A stretch of 63,856 bases of DNA, filler included, from Octopus bimaculoides (GCF_001194135.2; 7 parts of 6 records of this genome joined end to end with filler, not necessarily neighbours in it), one strand, 5' to 3'; counted from the whole stretch's first letter, positions 40,446 through 53,862 are shown. Numbers and translations are program-made. The notes: generated by a model from the letters alone, not told the origin.

Positions 40446-41445
40446 ATGCAGAAATAACAGGAACGATTTAACATAACCCAACAGAGTTACCGTACATCAA
40501 ATTAAGTCACAAAGCATTGGTCTCCCCGTGCCTTCTGGTAGGAGACACTTGTCCCAATATGCCACACAATATGACTGAACCCGGAAACACGTGGCTGCAA
40601 AGTGGGGCTTTTAACACATCCCTGTATGTCCCTATTGTTAGCATTACATATTTATCTCTCGGCATCAATATTTAATAGTATAAATTCTGATCCAACATCG
40701 TATAATTAATAGAACTATTAAATTACTGAAAAAATTTCTGCGAAAACACCAAATCTGGAAACAGTTGCTTGAAAATATAAAAAGGAATAACTGTTGAATT
40801 TGAAATTAAGCTTTAAACGCAAAAATACACAAAAAGCAATATTTTGTGTATTATTAATTTGTTAAAATAAAAGGAAAAGTTGTAAAATCTCCCGTAAGGA
40901 TTGATTTCCTCTCGAAGAAAAAATTCACAACGAATAGCAAGAGTTTATAAACACGCAAACGCATACATACATAGATATGCTTGTGTATGCGTGTATACAT
41001 GTATACACAAACTCACACACGATTATGGAAATACATACATATGTATGTGTATATACATACTAAACATAGTATATATGATTCTATGTGTGTGTAAGGCATA
41101 CATGGCTTAGTTCAACGAATTAAGCCATATATTCAATGACAGTGCACTGCAACATCCTGGAATGTAACGGTGCAACGGCCACCAACTACGTGAAAAAAGA
41201 TCAAGGACACGATTGAATCAGCTTTGAAGTGGTGTTGTGTGTTGATATATGGTTTCAGTTTTGTATATTCCTGATTATTTTGCGTAGATTTCAGTTTAAT
41301 TCTCAACCAATCAATTTTGGCCTTCATTTCAGGGATCGATTAAACAATCTAATGTACTTGGTTTCGTTACTTACGAATTGCATGAATACCGATATCTTTT
41401 CGAAATTCGTGACTATATTTATTTCATACTAACATCATCATAATT

Positions 41446-42118
41446 AAGGCGGTGAGCTCGTAGAATCTTTAGAGCCCTGGGCGAAATGCTGCTAAGCATT
41501 TAGCTCGCCTTCACGCTCAGTATTTAAATTTCGCTGGATTAGACTTTGTCATTCATACTTTCGAGGTCGCTGAATAAAGTACCAGTTGGGCAATATCGTC
41601 GATGTAATCGACTTGGTCTCTTTCCCAAAGTGTGCCAAAATATGAAGCCAATATCGGCATCATTGGTGAGCTGGCAGAATCTTTAGCACACAAGGTATAA
41701 TTCGTAGTGGCATTCCGTCTGACTTGACGTTCTGAATTCAAATTCCGCCGAGGTTGACGTTGCTTTTTATCCTTTCCGGGTCAATAAAATAAATACCAAT
41801 TCAGCATTGGAGTTGATATAATTGACTAGTCACCTCCCCTGAAATTGATGGCTTAGTGCCAACATTTGAAACCAATATCGTAGTCGCAATTATGGCGGCG
41901 AGCTGGTAGACTCGTTAACACGCTTGGCAAAACGTTTAGCGATATATCATCGTCCTTCATGTTCTGATTTCAAATTCTGCCGAGGTCGATTTGACTTTCA
42001 TCCTTTCGTGGTCGATGAAATAAGTACCACATGAATACTGGAGTCCATGTGATGCTTATACACTCCCCCAAAATTGCTGGTCTTGTATCAAAAGGCTGGT
42101 TTTGTGTCCAAACACGAA
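41446..42118 (+). mobile_element. Three head-to-tail copies of SINE family A (tRNA-related)
   Basis: Units start at ~41446, ~41664 and ~41893, each GGYGGYGAGCTGGCAGAATC...TTCTGAGTTCAAATTCCGCCGAGGTCGACTTTGCCTTTCATCC...AAGTACCA. Confidence 0.85.
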
Positions 42119-42202
42119 AGCAATATATCAACATTGTCGTCGTTATTGCTTTAGCGATCGCTGTCGTGCTCTTCGTTATAATAATAATAATAATGATAAT
42201 AC

Positions 42203-42245
<43 letters not shown>

Positions 42246-43079
42246 TTGGAACAATAGCAACAACACTATAACCGACGTGATTTTCATAATTATAATTAGG
42301 TAGATTATTTATTAATTGTTTCATGAAATCTATCTAAGACTCATCAGTGATCATTTGAAAATATTAAAAAGGAAAAAAAAATAATAATCATTAGCAAATT
42401 TGACTAACATTAGTTTCGATTCGTTTTGTTTACAACCGTCACCATACAAACCTACCACCATATACAGCGCCACAACGACCGCAACCACCGTCACCACAGT
42501 TACCGCATCTACAGTAACACCATTAATAACTCCAATACCGCTTTCGACAGAGTTTATTTATTTAGCTTCGTTTTAATTTCAGGCTTCTACAACAATTTCC
42601 GCAACAATTTCATTATATTATCCCAATAACTGAATATGGATAATTTACTGAGACTGTCAGTGATTAGAATTTCTACAGAGAATCTCTCAAAATCTGGTTG
42701 CTTCGGCAAATTCTTGTGAAAATTCATTCCGTTTAGCCGCCACAGTATTGATGAAACGGAATGATAAAATCGCATTCATATCTTCTCTGCATTAGCTGAT
42801 CATCTCCAGCCGTTGTCGTCCACCATTTTACATCATCGCTGCACTTTCAGCTTTCTGTTTTGCATGTGTGTTTGTGTGTGTGTGTGTGTGTCGTGTATGT
42901 ATGCACGTGTGTGTGGGGGGGTATATGTGTGTGTATATCTGTGTGTGTGTGTGTGCATGTGGGTGAGAGGCGAGGGGTATTTGTTTATATTTGAAGACAG
43001 AAGTGAGAGAGTGTATCCATGAATTATGAAACAGATGGAACAGAAAAAAAAATAACCAATGATACCGAGAGAAGACGAA

Positions 43080-43723
43080 GAAAGAAGAAGAAGAAGAAGA
43101 AGAAGAAGAAGAAGAAGAAGAAGAAGAAGAAGAAGAAGAAGAAGAAGAAGAAGAAGAAGAAGAGGAGGAAGAAGAAGAAGAAGAAGAAGAAGAAGAAGAA
43201 GACGGAGGAGAAGGAGAAGAAGAAGAAGAAGAAGAAGAAGAAGAAGGAGGAGGAGGAGGAGAAGAAGAAGAAGAAGAAGAAGAAGAAGAAGAAGAAGAAG
43301 AAAAAGAAGGAGCGGGAGGAGAAGCAGGAGCAAGATGAGGAACAGGAGGAAGGGACAGGGATGATGATGGACATTTCTAATATTAGTTCTTCATCTGAAA
43401 TAAGCGGACGGGCTAAAAACGATTATATCGACACCAGTTATAACAAAGTCAACGACAACCATTATAATGAAATACTACTACTACTACTAATAATAATAAT
43501 AATAATAATAAAAACGGTAATAATAACAACATCGACGATGACGACGATTACGATAAAGGATGATGATGATGATGATGATGAGGATGATGATGATGAAGAT
43601 GATGATGATCATGATGATGATCATGATGATGATGATGGTTGTGGAAACAAGACTTCCAGTAGAGACAACAATAGTAATAAAGCAGCAGCAGCAACCTCAA
43701 CAACGAAAGAACAACATCGATTG

Positions 43724-43772
<49 letters not shown>

Positions 43773-43873
43773 GATGATAATGATGATGATGAGGAGGAGG
43801 AGAAGAAGAAGAAGAAGAAGAAGAAGAAGAAGAAGAAGAAGAAGAAGAAGAAGAAGAAGAAGAAGAAAAAGAA

Positions 43874-43908
<35 letters not shown>

Positions 43909-43945
43909 AGAAGAAGAAGAAGAAGAAGAAGAAGAAGAAGAAATA
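43080..43945. repeat. Compound trinucleotide block: (GAA)n, (AAT)n, (GAT)n, (AAT)n, (GAA)n
   Basis: Two long (GAA)n tracts at ~43083-43305 and ~43801-43942 bracket GAT and AAT tracts. Confidence 0.97.
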
Positions 43946-44439
43946 ATGAGGTATGATGACGAAGAAAGAAAGAGAAAGAGAAAAATCTAACAAACAAAAG
44001 AAACAAAGGAATGAGGTGTAAGTGCAGGCGGAGAGAAGCAAATGTAAATCGATGAAAGCTTTGCATAGAAGAACAAACATGGCCGCCAAGTTTGTACATG
44101 CCTTGTCCATCTTGTCAAATATATCATCACTAATTCAAGATCCAAAGTGAAAGTAAATTTGTTTCCTTTTTTCACTAGTGACTGGCTCTAAGCCGTATCA
44201 TGGTCTGTGTAATAGAATTTCCATATGCCATTGCCATAGAAGGAGATCGTATCGTATCGACTACGAAACATCGCAAAATGAATCAGCATTTTAACGTTCA
44301 TTATTCACTCAGCCAGGTTTTGCAGCATTTTTCCGGCGACGTTAATACAGCTGGTAATTCTGACATAGGCGTAGAACCACGTTCACGAACGAAGTAACAT
44401 TACGACCGCAACCGCTGTTACCACAAGCATGTGCTAACA

Positions 44440-44599
44440 TCGTTGCCACCTCTACTCCTACTCCTTCTACTCCTACTACTATTACTGCTAACATCGACAC
44501 CACCACTGCCGTAACCACCAACACCACTACCACAATTATCACTGAACTACTGCTGCTGTGCGACCACCAACGTAGTCGCCATTGTCAAAACCATTACTC

Positions 44600-44679
<80 letters not shown>

Positions 44680-44950
44680 ACCATTACTACCGCCCCTGCT
44701 GCTACTACTACTACTACTACCACAATCCCTATCATAGCTATAATCATCAATATCACCGCAACCACCACTACTAATAAGACTACTATTACTGCTATTACGA
44801 TCACCAACTCTGCTACTACTACTACTACTACTACTACTACCTCTACGACCACCAACACAATGACTACCATTAGTATTACCTCTACTACTACTGCTGCTTC
44901 AGTAGCTACCAATACTGCGAATGCTACATCCTCCACTGCAATTAATACAT
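44440..44950. repeat. Cryptic (CTA/CTG/CCA)n low-complexity tract
   Basis: Degenerate triplet repeats. They are the source of the poly-V/A/T ORFs. Confidence 0.9.
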
Positions 44951-46020
44951 CGATTGCCTCTATTCTACCAACTGTGACATTAACATTACCAACAGCACCA
45001 CGTTTAACGACATGCTTATACCACTTTAATGATCGGCATCAATTAGATAGCAATAACCATAATTTCCTTTACTATCTTATTTCATAGTGGTAAAAGGAAA
45101 AACAGAATGGAATGACTACAACAGGCCAGAAAACTCGAGACCAATTTTACTTCCGAATTCTCCAGCTTTTCTCCCACCATTTTCTGTTCACATATAATGC
45201 TCCCGTGCACAATTAACATTCTACCATCTTAGCTGTTTCAGTCGTTAGACTGCGGCTATGTTGCAGCACCACCTTGAAGAAATTTTAGGTGAATGAATAG
45301 ACCCCAGCACTTAAAGTATATTTTTTTTAAAGCCTGGTATTTATTGTTGGGTTATTTTATCAAAGCGCTATGTTAAGGGGAAGCAAACAGACCAACACTG
45401 GTTTTGAAGTGGTAGTGGCGACAAAAAAAAACACAAATACACACAGACACACACATATATACATATACGACGGACTTGTTTCAGTTTCCGTCAACCAAAT
45501 CCACTCAGAAGACTTTAACCAGCAAAAGGATATAGTCAAAATCACTTACCCAACAGACTACGCAGTGAAACCAAAGCCGAAACCATGTGTTTGGAAAGCA
45601 AGCTTCTTAACACATAGTAACGCCTGTGTATTCTGTATTAGTTGCAGCCAGCTTAACAAACATAGAAAATCTAAAACTCTGCTGTGTCTCACTAATTTCT
45701 CAACATTTAGCTGGCAAAACGTGTTTGTCTGAAACTTTGGGTTTTCCACCCCAAATTGCAATTTTACTCTATTATTTCTTTTTACTATGAATATTTTACT
45801 ATGAATATAAATATATATGAGTGTTTGTTTCTCTGAGGAGATATAATGATAGTTTAGTATTAAAGGGAAGGATTGCTCCATAATTTGTAGTTGAGTACAT
45901 ATTTCCATAACAAAATATTGAATGCAACTTCGTAGTTTATAATTGATCGCTGAACAAGCTGAAACGTATAAGCGCTCACCATCATTAATGTGTCAAGTGT
46001 ACCTATGTATGTGTATATAT

Positions 46021-46054
<34 letters not shown>

Positions 46055-46688
46055 ACACACACACATATATATATATATATTTATATATATATGTATATAT
46101 ATATACATATGAATATATATGTATGTATATATGAATTCTTTGTGTGTTGCCTTCCATTAATTGAGAAATGAGAAAAACAGGGAGTCCATAATTCTTCATC
46201 AGTTATCGACCAATGGTACAGTTCAGTTTCGCATCTTAAATGATAAGACTAATAGATTCCCAACTGGTTGTGCCGGCAAAACAAAAAAACGCTTTCTTGC
46301 GTAGAATTAGGGACAAGAGCAAACAAAAGGAAACAAAACAAGAAAATCGACACAGAGTGTGATTTAGGACGATGAACGAGGACAAACAATCGGGCAAAAT
46401 ACGGCCTTGGCGCCAAGGAGTCAGGACTAGTGGGTAATGCTATGCGACCAGATTAAGAAAGGAAGAAAAAGAGAAACTCGCTGCTGGTCAGGTGACAGCA
46501 GTAGGCAGACGAGAAAGACAGCAGGGAGAGAGAGANNNNNNNNNNNNNNNNNNNNNNNNNNNNNNNNNNNNNNNNNNNNTTAATTAATTAANNNNNNNNN
46601 NNNNNNNNNNNNNNNNNNNNNNNNNNNNNNNNNNNGGACTGAACCGGAAACATGCAGTTGAACCCGGAACCACACAGCCATATATATA

Positions 46689-46744
<56 letters not shown>

Positions 46745-47213
46745 GTTGGCATTAGGAAGGGCTTCCAGCCATAAAAGAACTCTGCCAAAGCAGACCTCAC
46801 CAGGGCTTTTAATGTGGTGCCAGTTCCTTGCTATTTTGCATGATAGTCTGTAGATTCTAAAATTCTTTGTTATAACTTTTAGGACGATTCCTTGCTATTT
46901 CCTGCGACAGTCCATTGGTTCTAATAAGCTATGTCTTGTAGAAAGGTTCCTTGCTTTTGGTTCTAAGAATGTTTACCTTGTTATTCAATATGACAGTTTG
47001 TTGCTTCTAAGATTGACTTATTTGATGAAGATTACCATCTTTCATTTTGACAGCTTTTTGGTTCATGAATCACCAACTCACAAATATACTCTAATGCACT
47101 AGCTCACTAATACACACACACGGATGTACACACACACACACACACATGGATGTACACATGCATACATCAATGAATACAATTTATGTATAAACATACAATG
47201 AAGATGATATAAT

Positions 47214-47258
<45 letters not shown>

Positions 47259-47359
47259 ATATATATGTATATGCACGCACGCGCACATACACAACTGCAC
47301 ATATGTACAGACCCACATATACAGTGTATATAAGTATAAAGTGATGCTACTGATATAAT

Positions 47360-47451
<92 letters not shown>

Positions 47452-47588
47452 AACACACATGCAAACATACATATATATATGTACACAATGTTCATACACA
47501 CACATGCTCATACACACGCAAATATGTACATATATATATATTATGTATTATGTATGTACTATATATATGTATATATTATACATTTCTA

Positions 47589-48333
47589 GGATCTTTTTTA
47601 AAATGGGGGCCACATTTTTCATTAACGAAACACTTTGAAACTTGGAACACTGGTAGAATGTGTCATATAAAACATCTTTTTCTCTTAGTCTTCTTTAAAA
47701 AAAAAAGAAATCCATAAGTTATTCCATGTTAAAGTTGTCGTATTTCTGTAATTTCAACCAATCACTGACGTCCATTCAGCCGATATACATTAAGTGCCGA
47801 CTACATAAACAAACGATTCTGAAACAATTAACCCTAACCTTAGGGTTAGGGTTAGGGTTAAAGCAAATTTAAAATGAAAAAAGCAAATAAAACGAAGGTA
47901 TGGAGATTAAATACGCTTTACATCGCTTAATCAGCCAAAGGAGTAAATNNNNNNNNNNNNNNNNNNNNNNNNNNNNNNNNNNNNNNNNNNNNNNNNNNNN
48001 NNNNNNNNNNNNNNNNNNNNNNNNNNNNNNNNNNNNNNNNNNNNNNNNNNNNNNNNNNNNNNNNNNNNNNNNNNNNNNNNNNNNNNNNNNNNNNNNNNNN
48101 NNNNNNNNNNNNNNNNNNNNNNNNNNNNNNNNNNNNNNNNNNNNNNNNNNNNNNNNNNNNNNNNNNNNNNNNNNNTAAGATAATTTTTTACATGAAATAA
48201 ATTCGAATACAAAAATATTTTTCTGTTCTATAACACAAAATAGATAAGTATACGAAGTTTGAAAGTCTTTCGGTACCAAAAACACTACGTAAAACATTAA
48301 TGAAAAATGTGGCCCCCGTTTTAAAATAGATCC
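47589..48333. mobile_element. Non-autonomous DNA transposon with 37-bp TIRs and 8-bp TSD (Merlin-like)
   Basis: TIR GGATCTTTTTTAAAATGGGGGCCACATTTTTCATTAA (47589-47625) vs 48297-48333, 35/37 identical. Flanked by the perfect direct repeat CATTTCTA (47581-47588 and 48334-48341). Confidence 0.9.
47829..47860. repeat. Inverted telomere-type repeat junction (CCCTAA)n/(TTAGGG)n inside the TIR element
   Basis: TAACCCTAACC-TTAG-GGTTAGGGTTA-GGGTTA read directly. Confidence 0.85.
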
Positions 48334-48372
48334 CATTTCTATCTATCTATCTGTCTGCCTACCTACCTACCG

Positions 48373-48425
<53 letters not shown>

Positions 48426-48435
48426 CCTACCTACT

Positions 48436-48479
<44 letters not shown>

Positions 48480-50622
48480 NNNNNNNNNNNNNNNNNNNNN
48501 NNNNNNNNNNNNNNNNNNNNNNNNNNNNNNNNNNNNNNNNNNNNNNNNNNNNNNNNNNNNNNNNNNNNNNNNNNNNNNNNNNNNNNNNNNNNNNNNNNNN
48601 NNNNNNNNNNNNNNNNNNNNNNNNNNNNNNNNNNNNNNNNNNNNNNNNNNNNNNNNNNNNNNNNNNNNNNNNNNNNNNNNNNNNNNNNNNNNNNNNNNNN
48701 NNNNNNNNNNNNNNNNNNNNNNNNNNNNNNNNACCATTACAAATGAAGGGAAATTGAAAAACATTTCTTTGCAAAAATTCATGAGATTATTAAATCCATT
48801 GTTATCATCTCACACTTTCCTGAATTTACCAAGTTCTTGGTGGCGGCAGCAGCAACAGTGCCTGCCTGTGTGTGTTTGTGGACTTTCATTAAAACAATTG
48901 TTGTAGGTTTTTGTTTTTTCTACTCTTTTTAAACCTTTATTTATTTGTTATTGTTGTTTCCCCACCCCACCCCCTTTGTTCTCTAGTATTTAGTTGTTCA
49001 GTTGATAATGACAAAAAAACTGTGAAGGGGAAAATGTGGAGTTTAAAGATGAAAACAGGACCGATGTTTTAGTATTTACGCTGTTAATGTTGTTGTTATG
49101 ATGATGTTGATGACGATCATCATCATTAGTATCATCATCATTAATACCATCATCATCATCTTTGTTGTTGCTGTTGTGACAAACGAGAAAGTATTATTTT
49201 AAAAGTGGTTGTGTTTTAATGTTGCAGGATTATTATTATTATTATTATTATAATAAAACATTTACTGAACATAATAAATAAATATTGTCCTTTTTCTGTT
49301 CTTTTTTTTTTAGGTTTTGTTTGTTTATTTTTGTAAATGTAAGCTTTTAGTTGAAAGTTCTGTGAATGACACACTTATTAAGTTGCACTGTTTAAAAAAT
49401 ATTTTCTCTCTCAGATACGTGTGTCTGCATATGTGTATGCATGTGTGTGTATGCGTGTGTGTGTTTATGTTTACATGTATATTTGTGTATTTGTATGCAT
49501 GGAGATGTATGTATGTATGTATGTATGTGTGTATATTTGTGTATGTATGGATATATGAGTATGTGTCTGCATGCGTATGTATATTTGTGTACGCGTATGT
49601 ATATTTGTGTGTGTATGTATAGATATGTGTAGGTGTGTATATATGTTTATATTTGTGTATATATGTGTCTGTGTGTGAGTGTATGTATGTATGTATGTAT
49701 GTGTGGGCATGTGTGTATACGTGTATGTATTTGTATATGTGTGTATCTGTGCATAGGTAGACAAATAACAAACATATATGTATATAGGTGCAACGCAAAT
49801 ATGCCTACAAACAGACGTTCACAAAGCCACACATGCACGCACATACATACACAGACACACACATGTATTGCAGTGTCTGTATATATGTTTGCATGCACAT
49901 ACTTACATACACACACACACACACACACACACGTGTATATATGAGGACTTACGCACAAAAATGTATATGATTTCTTGTAAACAGAAGCATTTTCTGATTT
50001 TCTGAGTCAACAATTTCTCCAGTGTGTGCATGTTTCTTTTTTGTTGTTATAGATTGGCGAGATTATATACACCTAAGAACTCACACAGAAACACGCATAC
50101 ACAGGTACACTGACATGTATTCATACATAAGCACATGGACACACATGTACAGGGACACGTAATTTGTCAGAAAATAAAAGTTAAAATTCAAAGTATGAAT
50201 TATTCACACAAACACACATACAGAAATATATAACATACATGTACATTTATACCCATGCACACACACACACACACACATATATATATTTATGTGTGTGCAT
50301 ATATATATGTGTGTGTGTGTGTGTACTGTAAATATATTTACATATATCTATAGACATATATCAATATGTATATATATCTCATTTCCCATTTCTCCCTCTA
50401 TATACACACACGCACTCATGTGTGCACACGCACACACACATTGTTGATGCCATAGTAATTCATAAACTTTTGAGATAATGTGAAATAATCATTTTTTGGA
50501 ACAGCTTGAAGCACATAAAGCTATAAATAATAAGTTAAATATTGGGTTTGAAAACCCTTTTTAGAAGGAAAATGTTAAAGGCTCCTGTAGACTCAAGCAC
50601 ACACACACACACACACACACAC

Positions 50623-50770
50623 TTATTATTCTTTAACAAGAACAGTATTGACAGTAACTTTGAAGTTTAAACCTGCTCCTAAGCCAAATATTGGATTGAC
50701 TGATGATGACTTAAGAGCAGGCCAAAACTTCAAAGGTACTGTCAACAATATTTTTGTTAAAGAATAATAA
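50623..50770. repeat. Long imperfect palindrome (61-bp arms, 26-nt loop)
   Basis: 50623-50683 vs the reverse complement of 50710-50770: 52/61 identical with no gaps. Confidence 0.9.
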
Positions 50771-50859
50771 ATATGTACTCTACAAAAAGAACTGAGTAAT
50801 CCTTCAGTTTAACGAAAATCGTTTTTAATGAAACTTCACATGAAATCAACCATTGTACG

Positions 50860-51071
50860 TAGAGAGTAGGCCAAAAGTCATGCACCAAAACATTTGACAT
50901 TTTATCTATATTATTATTATTATTATTATTATTGTTGTTGTTGTTACTATTCATTTTGTTCATCATGTACAAGTGCTGTGTGTTTTCATTTCTTTGTTCA
51001 ATTTTAGAAAAATTGACGTGTGGTTTTGACAATTTTACAATCTTGGTGCATGACTTTTGGCCTCCCCTACA
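50860..51071. mobile_element. Tc1/mariner-like MITE
   Basis: Perfect 21-bp inverted repeat AGGCCAAAAGTCATGCACCAA (50868-50888 / 51043-51063) with imperfect extension to TA-like ends. Contains an internal (ATT)n tract. Confidence 0.7.
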
Positions 51072-52114
51072 CAATTATAAAATATGCATATTTGTGAAGA
51101 TATATGTATATATAGACACACACACACACACACACACACATATATGTATACTACAGGATATATATGATTAATTGTTTACATTTTAAAATTCTATTTAGAC
51201 GTAAAGTGAAATCACTCACATTTCATGTTGCAAGGTCCTAGGTCAACTTTGATCCATGGCCTGTGTATGAATTAAGGCAATCGAAATGTGACCATGCCAT
51301 TTCTTTGTGTAACTGGAGCAATATTTCTCTAGGTATCCCTTTTTTCTAACCCCTTTTATCTTAAGACCGTAGTTTGTGCTTTTTGATTGAAGCTTAGCTG
51401 CTATTTCTAGCATGTAGACCCGACCACGTTGAGTTATATTTAGGCTCAGTGACTCTTTAGTGAAGTTATTCCTGTTTCTCATGTGTTTACCAATTCCAGG
51501 ATGGTGGTGGTGGTGGTGGTGGGAGCTAGGGTAGTAGTAGAAACAACGGAGGACTGCAGATGTTGGGGGTGGTGTTGGGTGTTTAGCTTACCCTGCCTTG
51601 TTCTTCTTGTTGATTGGGTTTGGTAGGGAGGGGCAGGGGCAAAGTTGAGGTGGGGTGGGGTAGTGTAATTACAGCATTATGTCACTGTAGGCCTTAGCAA
51701 TGATGATGGTGAAGATGATGATGATGGTCGTGGTGGTGGTAAGAGTGGTATTGGTAGTGGTAGAACTGTAGTACTGTAGGTGGTGGTGGTGGTGGTGGAG
51801 ATAGTAGTGATGATGGTGTTGGTAGAGGTGGCTGTGGTTGCGGTGCTTGAAGATAGGTAAGAATGTTACTTTCACGCTTATGTCTTGGGTGGATTGGAAT
51901 AGTACGGGGTGTGTATGTGAAGGGTGGGGGGCAACAGTGGCTGAGGTGGTGGTGGTGATGCAGGACTTTCAGTGCAGGTGTTGCGAACAATAAAGATCTC
52001 TTCAAACTTGTGTTNNNNNNNNNNNNNNNNNNNNNNNNNNNNNNNNNNNNNNNNNNNNTTAATTAATTAANNNNNNNNNNNNNNNNNNNNNNNNNNNNNN
52101 NNNNNNNNNNNNNN

Positions 52115-52154
<40 letters not shown>

Positions 52155-52335
52155 TCAAAAAATACCTTAGGAATGAGAACCCAGGTTCAAAATTTCTCCA
52201 AGACACCTGATGAAGGCTGGAGGGTATATCAGCCGAAACGTGTTAACAACAAACAAGATGAGGAAAAATATCTGTCAAATGTAAATAATGTAAATAATGT
52301 ACATAATTCCTCGTCTCTTAAATATGGAACTGTAT
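52115..52335 (+). mobile_element. Third copy of the hammerhead-like repeat (head hidden in the gap)
   Basis: (AAT)n-AACATCAAAAAATACCTTAGG...GACACCTGATGAAGGCTGGAGGGTATATCAGCCGAAACGTGTTAACAAC...AAATATGGAACT. Confidence 0.8.
52202..52244 (+). ncRNA. Minimal type I hammerhead ribozyme-like motif (probably inactive in this copy)
   Basis: GACAC-CTGATGA-A-GGCTG-gagggtatat-CAGCC-GAAAC-GTGTT. It has the CUGANGA and GAAA core, a 5-bp stem II and stem I (GACAC/GTGTT). The NUH triplet present in the sister copy is missing here. Confidence 0.55.
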
Positions 52336-53862
52336 TAAATATTCTCTCCTAATACATAGTGCTGGCGTAATGTAAATTTGGTTTTTAGAAACTGTGGTTA
52401 GATTAATATAAACTTATTATTTGTGCTACAGTTTTGCTTAACAGCAAAATGTTAGAGTAGTAATTGTACAGGATAAAGATCTGAATTTGATTTAATGGGA
52501 ATGATTATTGTTACAGCATCTATAATATATTAACGCTAATGTGATTCATTCATCCAATCTTATTTATGAGAAAAATAATAATTAAGCTCAGTTTAATGTA
52601 TTGCGACAGAGAAACAGAATGACAAGAGTAGAATCTGATGAACAAAATGAGTCGACTTCTTTCCAGTTGCCATGGGATTCTTGCAATTTTCTAAATTTGA
52701 AATCCATTGGATCTTGGAAGAACTTTGAGTATTGGATTAACACCAATCATTCATAGAAGTGGAAAGCAGTAGAGTATTGTAGTAATACAGTATGGTACTA
52801 TAGTAATACAGTATGGTACTATAGTCTAGTACAGCGGTTCCCAACCTTTTCACTACCAAGGATGCCTTTTATTTAAATGAATTTCCCAGTGTAGATATCA
52901 CTCAGTACTGTTGGTACCATTCTTTTGTAATTTTGGCCAAGAAATTCTGAGGGGAGGGGGAAATCAATTCCACCAACCCCAGAGTTCAAATGGTACTTCT
53001 TCTATTGACCCTTGGAGGGATCAAAGGTGAAGTCAACTTTGGTGGGACTTGAATTCAGAATGTTATAAGATAAATGGAATGCTGCTAAATATTTTGTGTG
53101 AGGTAATAGCAATTCCGCTTTGTCACCTTTATTGATGATGACAAGAACAAATATTTTGTCAGCTGTTGGAGTTGAGTTCACCATGTCTCACACCTGTAAT
53201 ATAGACCAGCAATCAATCTAAGAGAAGAGCCAGCCCTCAACTACTTCCTGGCTTGCATTCCTGCCAATAATAGGCATTAATTCTTCAATCATTTCTTAAA
53301 TTGCAATTGTGTCTGAAAGGGTTAAAACAGATTTCAATTTAATGCCGGCAAAGATTTGTGTCAACTACTACTGACCCACCAACACCATCGCCACGATGGT
53401 TTTAGGATAATGCTAGTGTAAAAGAAAGACTGTTAGGTGTCTCACAGATAATTCTCTGACATTTCACACCTTTACTATTGTTCCATGTATAATTAACTCA
53501 CCTGTTCTACTAATTTAGGTAACTTTGATTGTTAAATTACTCAATTACCTGTGTCATTCACCTGTTCACTAGCAACAAACAACAATTATAATGAATATCC
53601 TCACAAAACCCTACCACCACCACCCCCATCGCCTTTTCTTCTTTCTTTCTTTATCTCACCATATATTTCTTTCACTCTTCTTCTCACCTTTCACCCCACA
53701 CCCCACCACACTTTCATGTATTTTATCTGTCTGTCTGTATGTCTCCCTTACCTGCCTGCCTGCCTGTCTGTCAGCTCATCCCCTTTATCCATCATTCTCT
53801 AATTATTATATAAGAAATTCATTTTTCTACTTAAGACACTTTTACTGCATTGAGTTGGCTTC

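Noticed and set aside
43019-43956. Poly-K/R/E/D ORFs up to 236 aa
   Set aside because: They are entirely explained by GAA/GAT/AAT tracts. There is no domain or splice support.
44077-44149. AACATGGCCGCC (YY1/Kozak-like) start of a first exon
   Set aside because: The frame ends at TGA after 23 codons with only weak donors nearby. No supporting structure.
47829-47860. Ancient telomere-telomere chromosome fusion site
   Set aside because: Only about five units, and they lie inside a TSD-flanked TIR element, so they arrived with the transposon.
52667-52760. LPWDSC after ttctttccag, reminiscent of an SLC6 transporter motif
   Set aside because: The WNT..C continuation is missing, the frame stops soon afterwards, and there is no good donor.
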